In this document: in pieces, positions 22,835 to 34,819 of the stretch
Layout: the number at the start of each line of letters is the position of its first letter
Position numbering within the stretch: the stretch's first letter is position 1
Origin: Dicyema japonicum
Lineage: Eukaryota > Animalia > Dicyemida
Length of the DNA: 64,000 bases
Assembly: GCA_011109175.1 (NCBI GenBank)
Contig: RDEW01000006.1
Location: forward strand, 1,696,133-1,760,132
Reading direction: 5' to 3'
Made by a program: the position numbers and the translations under genes
The notes under the pieces: generated by a model
The model's input: only the letters and a program-made list of their open reading frames with translations
Told to the model about the DNA's origin: nothing
Databases searched by the model: none

Positions 22835-24985
22835 CGACCGATAACCTGCATGCCAACCCTGTATAAGCTGATGACCAAATTAGTGGCTAATGAGGTCAGG
22901 AGCTTTGTAGACGCAAATGGGATTCTCTCCGAGAATCAGTTGGGAACTGTTCGAAATTGTCAGGGGGCAAAAGAGCAGGCTTTGATCAACAAATGCCTTT
23001 CTGTGTCTCACGGAAACTCACTTTTGTCTATGTGGGTGGATGTGAAGAAGGCTTACGATTCAGTTGATCATTCTTACCTTGTCGAGTGCCTACACAGTCT
23101 GTGTATGCCTGTGTGGTTCATCAGCTTTGTAGTGGCTGTGATGAATAGGTGGAGTATTCATCTGAACTATAATAGGCACCGGATAGGCGAGGTAAAACTC
23201 AAGAGGGGGATCCTTCAGGGGGATAGCATGTCTCCGCTACTCTTTGTTCTCTGTTTGGAGCCATTGAGTCGCCGCCTCAATGACCGGTTTGAGCAAATAC
23301 CAGTTCATTGTGAAGGGGTCTGTTTCAGTACAAATCACCTTCTTTTTATCGATGACTTGAAGATGTATGCTCGAACAGCCGAGGAGCTCTACTCCATGGG
23401 GGTCTGTGCCAGGGAATTCTTTGAGAGTATAGGGCTAGATTTGAATTATTCAAAGTCTGCGACTAACACGCAAGTATGTAGCGAGTTAGTAAGAGTCCTA
23501 GAGGAACACGAAGGATATAAGTATCTGGGTGTTACCGAATCTCCAAAGTCCCTTATAATGCCTGAGACAAAGCGACAAATTACTGAAGGCATCCGTAAAA
23601 GAGCAGCGTTATTGTGTAAGACGTTCTAAATGCAAGGAATTTGTTCCTAGCATTAAAATGAGTATGCTGTCTCGCTGCTAAACTACTACATAGGTGTTGT
23701 GGAGTTTGAGCCCAAAGAGTATGATGAGATGGATGTTATGATCCGTGGAGTACTCAGAGAGAACCATGTCCATGTGTTGGCAGCCAATAAGGAGAGACTA
23801 TATTTACCCCGTGATAAATTCGGCCGTGGACTGTGTGGAGTAGTCCAACTAAGTGAGCGTATCCTAATGCGAATGCACGACACCCTGATAGCTGGGTCAA
23901 GTGTGTCTGCTAGGAAGCACGCCATAATAACGACCGAGAAAACACGGGCAACCCACCTAGGCACTATCAGACCTTTTTTGTCTGCTAAGTATGGTGTTGA
24001 TGATGGTGGGCTAGTAAATGTGAAGGCGTTGATCGAATTACAATATAATAATTTGATGGAAAAGATCAACTTAAAAAGCCTTCATAAGGTCCTCTTCAGA
24101 GCATTGGACAACCCACATGTCGACCTTAAGTCGTCGACAATATGGCTAAAATACGGTGACAACTCACCTCGATCGGAGGCGTTGTACACGTATATGCAAG
24201 ACCGCAATATTTTTTGGGGTCGATCAACAAATACATGTCCCCACTGTAAGTCAAGGAGCATGTCGGTTGATCATTTAGCCACTCGATGTGGATCCATGCT
24301 CTGCCACGACTATGTGTGGAGGCACAACGAGGTAGTAAGGAGTCTTCATCTTCTACTATGCAATAAGTATGGTATTCGCCACACCAGAAAGTTGCGGACT
24401 CATAAGGTGCAATCTGTAGTAGAGAACACCAGGGTCCAAATTAAGGTAGACAGTGTTATCCGTACCTCGGTGCTAGTCAAGCACAATAAACCGGACATTG
24501 TGGTACACGATAAGGAGTCTGGCCAAGTCCTTATCATAGAGGTTGGCATCACGTCTCAAGACCGTTTGCAGACTGTGGAGGTGGAGAAAAAAAGGAAGTA
24601 TGACTTTCTTGCAAACGAGATGGGGCAGATGCTTGGTTGCAAGGTCCTCGTTATTCCTATAGTAATGACGTGGGAAGGAATTGCAACAAAGTACCACAAG
24701 GGTTATCTGAAGCAGTTGGGGGTAGATAGGAAGCTCCAGGCCTATCTACAGTCCACTGTGTTAAAGCGGACCCTAGAGAGCCTGACACTGGAGTATAGGA
24801 GGCAGAGCCCTGAGATGCCATATGGGCAGAGGGTTCAATTAGACAAAGCGCTCTCGGAGTTGTTTCAGCAACCAGAATCGAACCTGCCTGAGGAGGCTGG
24901 CGAACAGGCAGGCGAGGAAGGTTGTTGATTAATAAATATATTAACTTTTTTATTGTTTATTAAATAAAGTGGGGTTATAATTTAT
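22835..24985 (+). mobile_element. R4/Dong-clade non-LTR retrotransposon (RT + CCHC + RLE), 5'-truncated
   Basis: RPITCMPTLYKLMT, WVDVKKAYDSVDH, GILQGDSMSPLLF, HLLFIDDLK; CPHC..VDHLATRC; RHNEV; KPDIVVHD..IIEVGIT..KKRKYD; frameshifts near 23630-23700. Confidence 0.92.
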
Positions 24986-25064
24986 TTTGCAATTTTATGC
25001 AACCTGTCCACTTGTGCCTGTCACATGATATATTAATTAATTTTTTAAAATAATTAAAATAATA

Positions 25065-25201
25065 TGCCACAGTCTGATAAATCGTCACTTACAAAATACA
25101 ACTAAATTGTCTAAATTTAAAAATCCATACATTAATAAATAATAATACACATATCCAGCAGCTAATACGTAGTTTAAAAAATCGAGTTTCAGACTGTGAC
25201 A
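25065..25201. mobile_element. 137-bp MITE with TG(T/C)CACAGTCTGA terminal inverted repeats
   Basis: TGCCACAGTCTGA at 25065-25077 and TCAGACTGTGACA at 25189-25201 (13 bp, one mismatch); no clear TSD. Confidence 0.6.
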
Positions 25202-25449
25202 TTTTATCCATCCTAACATTGGAAAACATTCTTAGAGAAGTTAACTGCTCACCAATCTTTATTCCCTCTCACTCACACAAATCAGTCACCTCTTCTCTAT
25301 CAACATCCAATGTAGTGTCCTTACAATAATCACACATAGCTTCACAAGTTTGCTGAAGCAGATGTGATCATCCTCGGGGACCTTAATCCCATGCCTAAGT
25401 CGATGATTATAGAGAACATTTGTTGTTTAGACTCATTTGTTTAATTAAT

Positions 25450-25800
25450 TTAATTTATTGAACCAAAACCGTCGTCATATCCGAATTTCAGGTGATCCCA
25501 GCCTTCGTCAACAGTCTCCCTATCTTTTCTCAGTGTTCCGACTTCGTTCCTGCGCATTCTCCTGACATGACGAGTCTCCACCGGAAAAGTACCCAAATGT
25601 GTAGGAAGAGTCGTCCAGGGGGAACTCCTCTGGATAGTCCGTTGACAAATTGGTTCTTTTGGATACACTTTGACTTGCATTCTGAAGCCACCAGAGAAGA
25701 GTGAACCACATGACCCCACGCTAATTAAGTGAATTAAGAACAAACGAACATAACAGAAACTTTAATCAATTAGCCACAAAACACCACATGGCACCAAGCG
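25450..25800 (-). mobile_element. short non-autonomous element: conserved head plus LINE family A tail
   Basis: Head AGCCGCTTGGTGCCATGTGGTG..GTGGCTAATTG shared with 63885 copy; tail encodes ..RLLTKAGIT*. Confidence 0.7.
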
Positions 25801-26059
25801 GCTTGTATAATTTATATTCACGAATTATTTGCATCACCATTCAAATAAAAATATTTTTAAATAAAATAATTAAAATAACCTTAAATTAAAAAAATAATTT
25901 AAAATAAAACATCATTTTTCACTTTCCTCATGTAGCTGTTAGATAAGAGAATGATAGACATGGAAATCCCTGAATTCAAAGTTGAAAATCAATTATTATT
26001 TAAGAAACAACTTATAAAGATTTGTGTTTTTTAAAATAAAAAAAATTAAATTGGATCCC

Positions 26060-26215
26060 TCAGGAGACGCCCAATTCCTGACCGGCATCAAAGGATCCTC
26101 TATTCTTTCCCCGGGACAATGTCGTTACCTGGAGACAAGTTCTGTAACGCAGGAACGAGTCAGGATCAAGTAGTTGGTTAGTTTGGTTATCCTTGGTCTT
26201 TGGAATAATTTTAAT
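26060..26215 (+). mobile_element. LINE family A 3' tail
   Basis: CAGGATCAAGTAGTTGGTTAGTTTGGTTATCCTTGGTCTTTGG matches the family 3' UTR. Confidence 0.5.
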
Positions 26216-28352
26216 TAATTTAAAGGTCAACCAAGTAAGAAATATTATTACCTTAGAAAATAAAATTATATGAAATTTCCGAAAAGACCATATATTTTTG
26301 ATTCACGGACCAAAATTAGAATTCTATTTAAATTTTAGTTCCTTTTTTGAAGACATGGCTAATAAGCATTTGCTATCTGAATTAGAATACTATTTTCAAG
26401 TTTTTGAGAGAAACCAAACTTCAACCGTTAGAAATCGGCTTCGACTTTCTCATGGCCTGCTGTGCACAATATGATTATATCTGCTCAAGGATTTTCTGGT
26501 TGGTTTCCAATATTCACATTCCTACCGTTTGCCACAGCCGAGTTGACACGAAAAGTAATACAATTTAACAATTTTAGGACGACAATGACGTCAAAAATTA
26601 TTTTTGTACAATTTACCACGTGTCTTCTTATAATTTTGGAGAATAACCTAAAATCAACTACATTCTCAATCAGAATAGTATTTGGACGGATTTTTTTGTT
26701 GGGATTTCTTGGTATAAAAAACACCTAGTCATAACTATCTCCATGTGGATTGAGAATGTACATACTAACGTTGTTTAGGTCATTTTGAACGAATTTTATA
26801 ATTTTGGTGTTACTTGAGTGAGCAGCAGATCAAATAATAAACTCTCTTTTGGAAGACCTTCCTTCCACTTTCATTGCAATGTGACTCGGAAAGAAGACAT
26901 CTTAAGTTCGGATAGAATGTGCATTTTGTCTATGTTTGATATAATACTCTCTACTGCACGTGCTATTATTTATACCTTGGATGACTTCGAGACAATTATG
27001 GAGTTAAAAGGATTTGCCAGAATGGTTATTGGTTGTGCTGTAGTTCGGGTTTTTCCTGATCACATTCCTTACAATACTTGTATTTTTGACGGCTATGATT
27101 GAGGAATTATCTCAGTTTATGGGGATTCTATTTGAGAGGATATGATTACTTTATTGTTGGGGGAGGTTGACCAAAAATACTACGACAGATAATGCCACTT
27201 AAGGGAGTTATGAAATCGATGAAAATATTTCGGTTTGTGGATGTGGAGAATTGTCCTCTATGGATTATTGGTGGAAGATAAACGGTTTTTGTCTGTTTTG
27301 TTAAGGATTACTCCTGACATTTATTGAATTTTAGGCGGAAGATTCACTGAGAGTGTTTGTTGAGTCCACCGATGCTGACGGACTAATGTCTGTGTTTATA
27401 AAGTCAAAATTATTATTTCCTAGTTTGACCAACAGCAGTCTCATTACCTCTCTGATGAGATATTATGTGATCATACCCCTCCACTGACAATCCATTAATG
27501 GCGGTCTGTCTACCTATGATTGACAACCTCACAGAAATGCTGACAAATTATTATGACAACTACAAGAATGTCTAACCAATACACGTGTCAGCTTGTCATT
27601 GTCAAATACTCTCCACCACAATACTCCCATTAAATACAAGCAATTCCCGTCGATCAAATTGGAATAAATAAATTTGTGATGATTTTTAATATATGTGTAT
27701 TCATGTTAGTGGATTGTATTCCCTTTGATTAGGAGTTTTTGGGTCATACAGTCCGTTGATGAGGGCAAACAGAAATGGAGTATAATTAAATGATATGGAG
27801 GACTTTTTAATAGTTATTTGGGGGAGACTAATCTATGTACCATTAAAGCTCAATGTTGTATGTTTGTGCCACCATAACTCGTAGATAAATGTACAGATTT
27901 TAATTTAATTTTTTTTGTTTAACTGAATTGAGAGCACATGCAAAACAATGCTTAATGAAGAATCAGAAGAACAGCATAGCAGTCGGTCAACAGAATTGAG
28001 AACACATGCCCTACAGGTGTGGGCTGTGGAAGTCCAAGAAGAATCTAACGTCGTTTGTCAATAATCAAGCTCCGACAGCCCTCTGCAGTGCTAGTATTGT
28101 AATAATTTCATGGACTTTCTCATTGACAAACTACCTTAGTTAACTGACTTGTAACCATCAGCTCCTCCTTACTTTATATCCTCCCCCACTACCACGTTGT
28201 CGTTAAAGGGTATTAATGTAATTTAGTATCTTAGATCAAAGAATTGTGAGAATACTGAATATATATCTATCATTCGGGAATATTTCGTTTAGACTATGCG
28301 TGTTGCAATAATAAAATGTCTTATTTAAGAAATTTACAAAATAAAAGTCCTG

Positions 28353-29720
28353 CTAAATGACATTACCCAGACAATATCTGATAACCAATTCAGGCACAAT
28401 TCGGCAAGATGAGCTTACTTCATAAAGAAACTGTGTTTCATTTGCTCCTCACGTTTAATAACTCCAATAAAATTTCTTATAATTTCGAGTCTTCGTGTAA
28501 ATCCTCTCCCCAGAACTTTCGGCAAATAATCAAAAGAGCGTTGAATGCAGTTTGACCCATTTTATTGATTTGACCGACCTCGCTGAGATCAGTCCTTTCT
28601 TTTTGTAATAACATAAAGCATACCGACACTAAATAACAACAGTAAAGTTATAAATATGAATTCTTCTGGTAAAAAGGAGGGAAATGATGAATGAATTCGC
28701 CAAAATAAATGAAGTAATTTGTTATAATAGTTTTCAATTAGTCCCGTAGGGCTTTCCTTAGAAACTATGATCACGTTGTCGAATGAAATTAGGTTTGAAC
28801 ATGGATCATAATATTGGTACATATAAACTAAAAATATTTCAAAATTTCCTATTTTAATACACAAAATTACCTTCCTCGATTAGAATATTTTGATCTTCTC
28901 GATTGATTCCTTCGAATCCGGGAATTTGGTGGACGAAGGCTAGGACTTTCTGCAAAAATTTATTATATGAGCAGATGAATTCTTCTAATAAAGTAGTGGA
29001 AGGCTAAATTCAACAAATCAAATACGTTGATAAATGTAAAATTTTTTGAAGCTTTTATAAAGTTATTTCCTGCGTAGAAAATAGTTGAATATGATGTGAG
29101 TGTAGTCATAATGAATTCATCTACAACTATAAAGAGTCTAACTATAATCGGAGCTATGAGAGACCATTCTGGTAATCTAAAATAAAGATATTACGAATAG
29201 TAGTTCTCATAAGTGGGGAGATAACCGTCTATTAATATTTCTACAAATTACTTAGTATTTGACGCTCTGAGGAATATGGATTTGCAGATCCATTAAAATT
29301 ATGTATAACGTGCTTGTCATAGTAACCCTGATCCCGACTCTGTCCTTAGTCTCCTTAGACATTCTCCCAAATTTCATAGCTATCAGATAAGAACAATGAC
29401 ATTATAGCATAAAAATATAAAATGTAGGTCAAAAGTTATAATAATCAATATTTTTGACATACCTCTTCTGGACATTCCCAATTTCACACATTTTTTTAAT
29501 CGACAATATTGACATTTATTTCTGTTTGTTCTGTTGACCACACATGTCTCATTTATAACACACTTGTAGGTCGCATTAGCCATCTGAGACCGTCTGAAAA
29601 AGTTCTACAGTTATAATGATTCAGTTACTTTGCATCCTTCGCAAGTAATGAGCCCATAGTGAATTCCTGATGACCTGTCTCCACATACCCTACAAAGTAG
29701 TTCTCTGTAGCTATCTAAAC
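28353..29720 (-). CDS. NR1F: nuclear receptor NR1F (ROR/HR3/nhr-23)-like, DBD + LBD, multi-exon
   Basis: [22 protein letters not shown]|[42 protein letters not shown]|AMKFGRMSK (ROR: [34 protein letters not shown]); [31 protein letters not shown]|NFEIFLV..FSV|ERTDLSE; introns 24 nt (29605-29628), 83 nt (29380-29462), 22 nt (28849-28870), 25 nt; first exon not resolved (may extend to ~29830). Confidence 0.9.
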
Positions 29721-30179
29721 AATGAAAGCAATGCCAAAATAGATTTATTAAAATTCAAAAAAATATATTATTGACACATTTTTAGAAACACTTATAGGTA
29801 TTATCGGACATACATTCTCACAATATTAGTTAGTGGCAATAAACAGGTAATCAACCGAGATATAACACAGTTTGGAATAAAATAACTTGATTTTGATAAA
29901 AAAGACAGACCCATAAATGTTTTGATAAATCAACGTTATTCACTTTATAAACAAGCATATGCTAATTTAACATATGAACTTTGATAAATGTCCATATTTA
30001 CATAATTAAATATTTTAGTCATAATATCAACACTTTATTTGCATTAAATATCAAAAGCACTTTCACAAAACCAATTATATTAACTAAGGTCCTGTTTGTT
30101 AAAATAATTGTCCATTATTATATTTTGCATTCTATGCACGTGCACAAACAGTTTCCATCTTGGTTCAATAATGTCGATG

Positions 30180-30830
30180 CTTATTGGCCTTGATTGTGCC
30201 ACAGAATATACTTTCTTTTTTTGAAAATGCTTTTTGGGCCTACTAGGCCCATTAAATTGCGTAATTGTTTTCGATGAAATATATCCATTTCTTGAGCTCT
30301 AGCTCTGTGACCCCCAATCAGGAATACGACGAATAGAACCGGAGATAGAGAGTCCCCCTGAGGTATTCCAACTGTTGTCCCAAATGGCTTCGATGTTTTT
30401 GTTCTCAACTCGTACAGTTAATTCAGTGTTCGATAACAGGAAACGGACAAGTCTTGTGTTATCCTCATCAAGACTCCCAGCAACGTCCACAATGTTTTTC
30501 TGTTGTCAGTGTCAAACGCACTGGACATGTCCACTCCCAAAATTTTTAAAATCACACTTGTATCGTTGACATGTGGCACATATCCACCTGTGGGACCAAA
30601 CAGCATCTGCGGTCGAACGTCCCTTTCTGAATCCACTCTGTCCCGGCGACAAAAATTCATAAACATCAGAAGATATCCGACTAAGGGTTATCAGAGATAG
30701 TATCTTCCTCAATGTTTCCAGTAATATCACTGGTCTTAGATTTTTTATTGGTCCCTTGCTCTTTTTTGGTTTATGCAGAGGAATCAAAATTCCATCACCA
30801 AGTTTCAAGGGGGATGCGTCTCAAATACAT
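30180..30830 (-). mobile_element. RTE retrotransposon RT fragments (rearranged)
   Basis: GILIPLHKPKK..NLRPVILL..QSGFRKGRSTADAV, GVDMSSAFDT, VGIPQGDSLSPVLF. Confidence 0.85.
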
Positions 30831-31019
30831 TATTGAAAATCTTTGTAATGAGGGTTGTCAGTTCGCCTGGTGCATACTTGATCATTTCTCCATGTTGTCT
30901 GGTCCCCTGCCCTGTTGTTGTTTAACTTAATGATTGCCAGATTAGTTTCCTATGTAGATATCGGTAGATTAAGGCATCTTTTTATTATTATTATCAGCAC
31001 TGCCGAGAACACATAAAAA

Positions 31020-31730
31020 AACAAAAGTCAATTAAGGTTCCCTTGTGCCGGCCATCCTTTGCACCAATCGCATCCAAAGGCCTCTCCGTTTCGCAAGATC
31101 TCTTAGTTCATCGAGGTCATCCATTGTTTTCAACTCCCTGCCTATGGCTTTTAGGTCCTCATTTAGCGTGATAGGTAAGGTTGTTCTAGGCCTTCCTCGG
31201 AATCATTTTGTTTTTTCCATGAAATATTCATCTATTACGTGATTTAACGGGACATCCAGGTCCATCCTCAGAATGTGACCGAACAGTCTCCATCTCGATC
31301 TTCTGATTTCCATGGATAATGGTTCTGTTTTGCTCAACTTATATAATTGTTCGTTTTTGATCTTCATTTTGTAGTGAATATTAAGTGCCTTCCGAAGCAT
31401 ACTGCGGTCGAAACTGTCAACTCCATTGCCCGTTTAGACAAACTCCATGTCCACAGTTATATATTAGGATGGGCAAAACAAAGTATTTATATATCATAAG
31501 CTTTATTTTTCCACAAAGTCTTCTTCCCGAACTCTATATTTTAGATAGGCTTCTGAAAGCACCAGATGCAAGGATTTTCCGTCGAGCTACATCTTCCTCG
31601 TCCCCCAAGAGCGATCCGACCTTCTTATGTCTTCTCCACGTCTCGTCGGATATCCTCTCTGCACGACTGAATGATGTAAATTCCGTTTTGTCAGTGTTTA
31701 TCTTCAAGAACCATTTTTGGAAAAAGGCAT
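31020..31730 (-). mobile_element. RTE retrotransposon 3' end
   Basis: MLRKALNIHYKMKIKNEQLYKL..RRSRWRLFGHILRM..GRPRTTLP; tail ACCTTAATTGACTTTTG. Confidence 0.85.
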
Positions 31731-31849
31731 CTTTTAGGTCAATTAATTTTTATGACTAAAAAAATTATTTAATTTTTATTATTTATTCGCATTATAATAT
31801 TTAATTAATTTTATTACACGTGTTTTTTTTGTTATTTGATCCATCGCAA

Positions 31850-32640
31850 ATGGATTGATTCTTATGTCCAATATTGATTAACCGAGTTGCCGAGCTGTGA
31901 AATGCCATTATTTTATTTTTACGAGATATTGGGTCGACCGAATTTTCCGATTTATTTAACAACGATATTTTCATGCTTAAACTATATTATCTGTATTTTT
32001 AATGAATAAAACTTATCACTACAAGGTATTTTTATTTTTCTAAAACCAGGTTACAACATGAGGTAACAATGCTATAACATGAAGCTATGGAAAAAATGTC
32101 TGCGTTTATAAAAATTGTCACTATGGAGGAGAAAAATACGAAATAACAACGCTTCAATGTTTCCGATGGTAGAAAATAAGATTGGTGATAATGAACCTGA
32201 AAAATGGTCTTCTTCGATTATTGATCTTGAAAATAAAATTGGAAATTATTTCCCAGTTACTGAACCAATTGCGACTTGGATAATACACCCTTTTATTCCG
32301 GAAACCAATAAATTAATTTACGACGGCCAAGAAATTGATTTCCAAGAACAGTTGATTGAATTGCGAAATTCGCAGTTTTGAAGATGACATTTAATTCGCT
32401 TTCGATTATGGAATTCTGGATTTCTGTTATTAATGAATATTCAATCTCAAGTAAAATGCACTGGAAGAAATAATTCCCTTTCCAACCACTATTTTATGTG
32501 AAATGTCATGTCTTGTTATTCTGAAAAGTAAAGTTCGCAACCGACTTGAGGTGCAAGACGATATGAGAATGGCACTTACAACATTGTACCAAAAATAGAA
32601 CAGCTAGTTTCTGAAAAGCAGGATCAAAAATCACACTAAC
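31850..32640 (+). mobile_element. hAT (Buster/Charlie, ZBED/FAM200-like) transposase C-terminal remnant
   Basis: WIIHPF..QEQLIEL..EFWISV..FPTT.LCE..KSKVRNRLEVQDDMRMALT..PKIEQLVSEKQDQKSH*. Confidence 0.85.
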
Positions 32641-32769
32641 TCTAAATATAATAATTTTTCAATTTGATGAAATCTTTACAATGAATTGTTTTTCTACCAC
32701 CAAATACAACATCGAAATTACAATTTTTGGATCAGGGGATTATAAATTATTTTAAATCAAAATTTAAAA

Positions 32770-33320
32770 AAGCTTGAGATTAAATTTAAGCATGATCGAA
32801 GACAATTTTGAAATTACATATGAGGAGAGATTAAAAGAATTTAAATTAATCAATTCTTTACCTGTAATTATTGATTCGTGGAAAAATGTCTCGTCAAATA
32901 CAATAAAAAATTGTTTTGAAAAGGCGCTTGAAAATTGGAAAATTGCAGAGGAAAAAAAACCGAGAAAGAAAATGAAACAAATATGAATGCATCGAATAAA
33001 ACCCTAGATAATTTCAGCTCCAAAAAGTATGATTTCAATGACTTTTCTACAAATGATGAAAAATTGTTTAGTGATGAAGAATTCTTGGAAAAAATCCAAG
33101 AGTCAAGTTTTGAAAGCTGTGAAAATGGAGAAAACAATGAACTCGAAAAATAAAGGAAATTAAGTATGCAGACGCGATAAATCATTTGAAGAACTAGAAA
33201 CTTTTTAAAATACGGAAATAGTGGACTATCAATTCTGGGAATGCTGCGTAATATTTTATTGGAAATTAAAAAAAGAGAAAATCGTTAACAACTGATTTTA
33301 TGATTAAATTAAATAAAGAA
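32770..33320 (+). mobile_element. pogo/Tigger transposase C-terminal remnant
   Basis: INSLPVIIDSWKNVSSNTIKNCFEKA followed by acidic tail. Confidence 0.7.
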
Positions 33321-33769
33321 TCTTAATTTTTCTTAAAAATTTTATTATTTATTTTAATTAACGCATTAAAATGAAGAAAAGTAAACAGAAAAATAACTGT
33401 ATTCGTAGGTTGAACTCCTCTCTGGAAAAGGCGAACTGCTGGAAACATTTGCGCTCCGTATCCCAACTTCTCAATTTCAGTGACACGTTCGTCAATTTTC
33501 TTGACATAAATTTTCTTCTTCCTCCTAATTTCTTGACAATACGATTTCTTTCTCTTCTTAACTCGTTGTAAGAATCATTATTTTTACATGATTCCATTTT
33601 TTTTGTTGTAATTGATAATGATCCAATTTCGTTATCGAAGACCCCTTTAAATCCTGCCGGCATTTTTCCCCAAGCACGTCGAAACCTGCTTTCTTTATTT
33701 CACCAACAGTAGCATTCCAAATCATCTCTGGGGGACTTTCCAGTTGATGGGTGGTTGGCGAGGGACGAG

Positions 33770-34765
33770 CTGACCTTAATTGACTTTTTGTTTTTTGTGT
33801 TCTTGGAAGTAATAATAATGTTGAATGGTCTATTTTTAAAAATGGGTAACGGTTGCTGGCTTGACACGTGATTCAATTTGACAAAATTCTAATATGATAG
33901 CACAAGAAGGAGGTCAACCGCAAGACCCAAAGGAGCAACCTTAGGAGACAATCATAGCCGATGTTCAGGGTTATTTTCTCCAGATCTATGGAAGACTTTC
34001 AAGGATGCCAAAAAATAGACGTGCGTACAACGACAAGTTTGCCTTGTCGGTTTCAGTTACTTACTTCATTCACCTCAAACAGGGTTCGACCTCGTGTTTT
34101 ACAGACGCACCCATCATGCTGTGTGCAGCATGAAGATCAGGAGAGCGACATGAGAGCCCTGCCTCGGACTAACTGCTTAATTCTTCTAATCAGGCTTCCT
34201 ATTTCTTACTTTGTGAATGAGAAGCCTTTCACGGAATTTCTTTTAGTCCCAATATCCTTAGTATCCGTTACTTTACACGTTTCGCTGGAGAGTGTTTGAA
34301 AACGATCAAGTACTATTGTATTCTATGAAATTTACGATTTTGTAAATTAATTATTTTGATTTTCAAACAATGAGGAAATTATTTACTAGTTCTTTCAATT
34401 TTAGACCGAAAAGAACTTTAACTACAGTCATGTGTTATCTGACAATTCATATCTTAAAAATTTCAAGTTTCAACGTCTCCAGACTCCATCGCCTCGTTCA
34501 TCCTCACGGTAAGGAAGACGTAAACTTTCATATATCATGAAGCTAAGTAGTCATTTTTAGATCTATGTCAATTTGGGTAAATCAAATTTCCATTTAATAT
34601 AATTTCCTTAGTGTTTTTCTATCTGTTTGGCCGCAAGTATTTTACTCTTAGAAGAATCACAAATGTTATGCTTGAGAGTGTTTAAACAATAATTTTACTG
34701 ATTAATTGTTGGGGTGGTTGTCCCGCAGGAGCAATCCTAGTGTTGTATGGCACATAGTGTTCTAA
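33770..34765. repeat. ~1-kb dispersed direct repeat, copy 2
   Basis: Aligns with 19155-20140; carries an extra 33 nt at ~34107-34139. Confidence 0.9.
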
Positions 34766-34819
34766 TGTAATATGTCACAGGCAAAAAATCAAAAAAATTT
34801 TTTTGATTTAATTTATCAA

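Noticed and set aside
26800-27450. Stop-codon reassignment (several in-frame TAA in a long frame)
   Set aside because: RPB12 ends at TAG and SPAG1 and the homeobox genes at TAA in expected places, and conserved exons contain no in-frame stops; the region is not demonstrably coding
27920-28240. Solo LTR
   Set aside because: TATA-like and purine-rich stretches are present but there are no TG..CA ends, TSD or second copy
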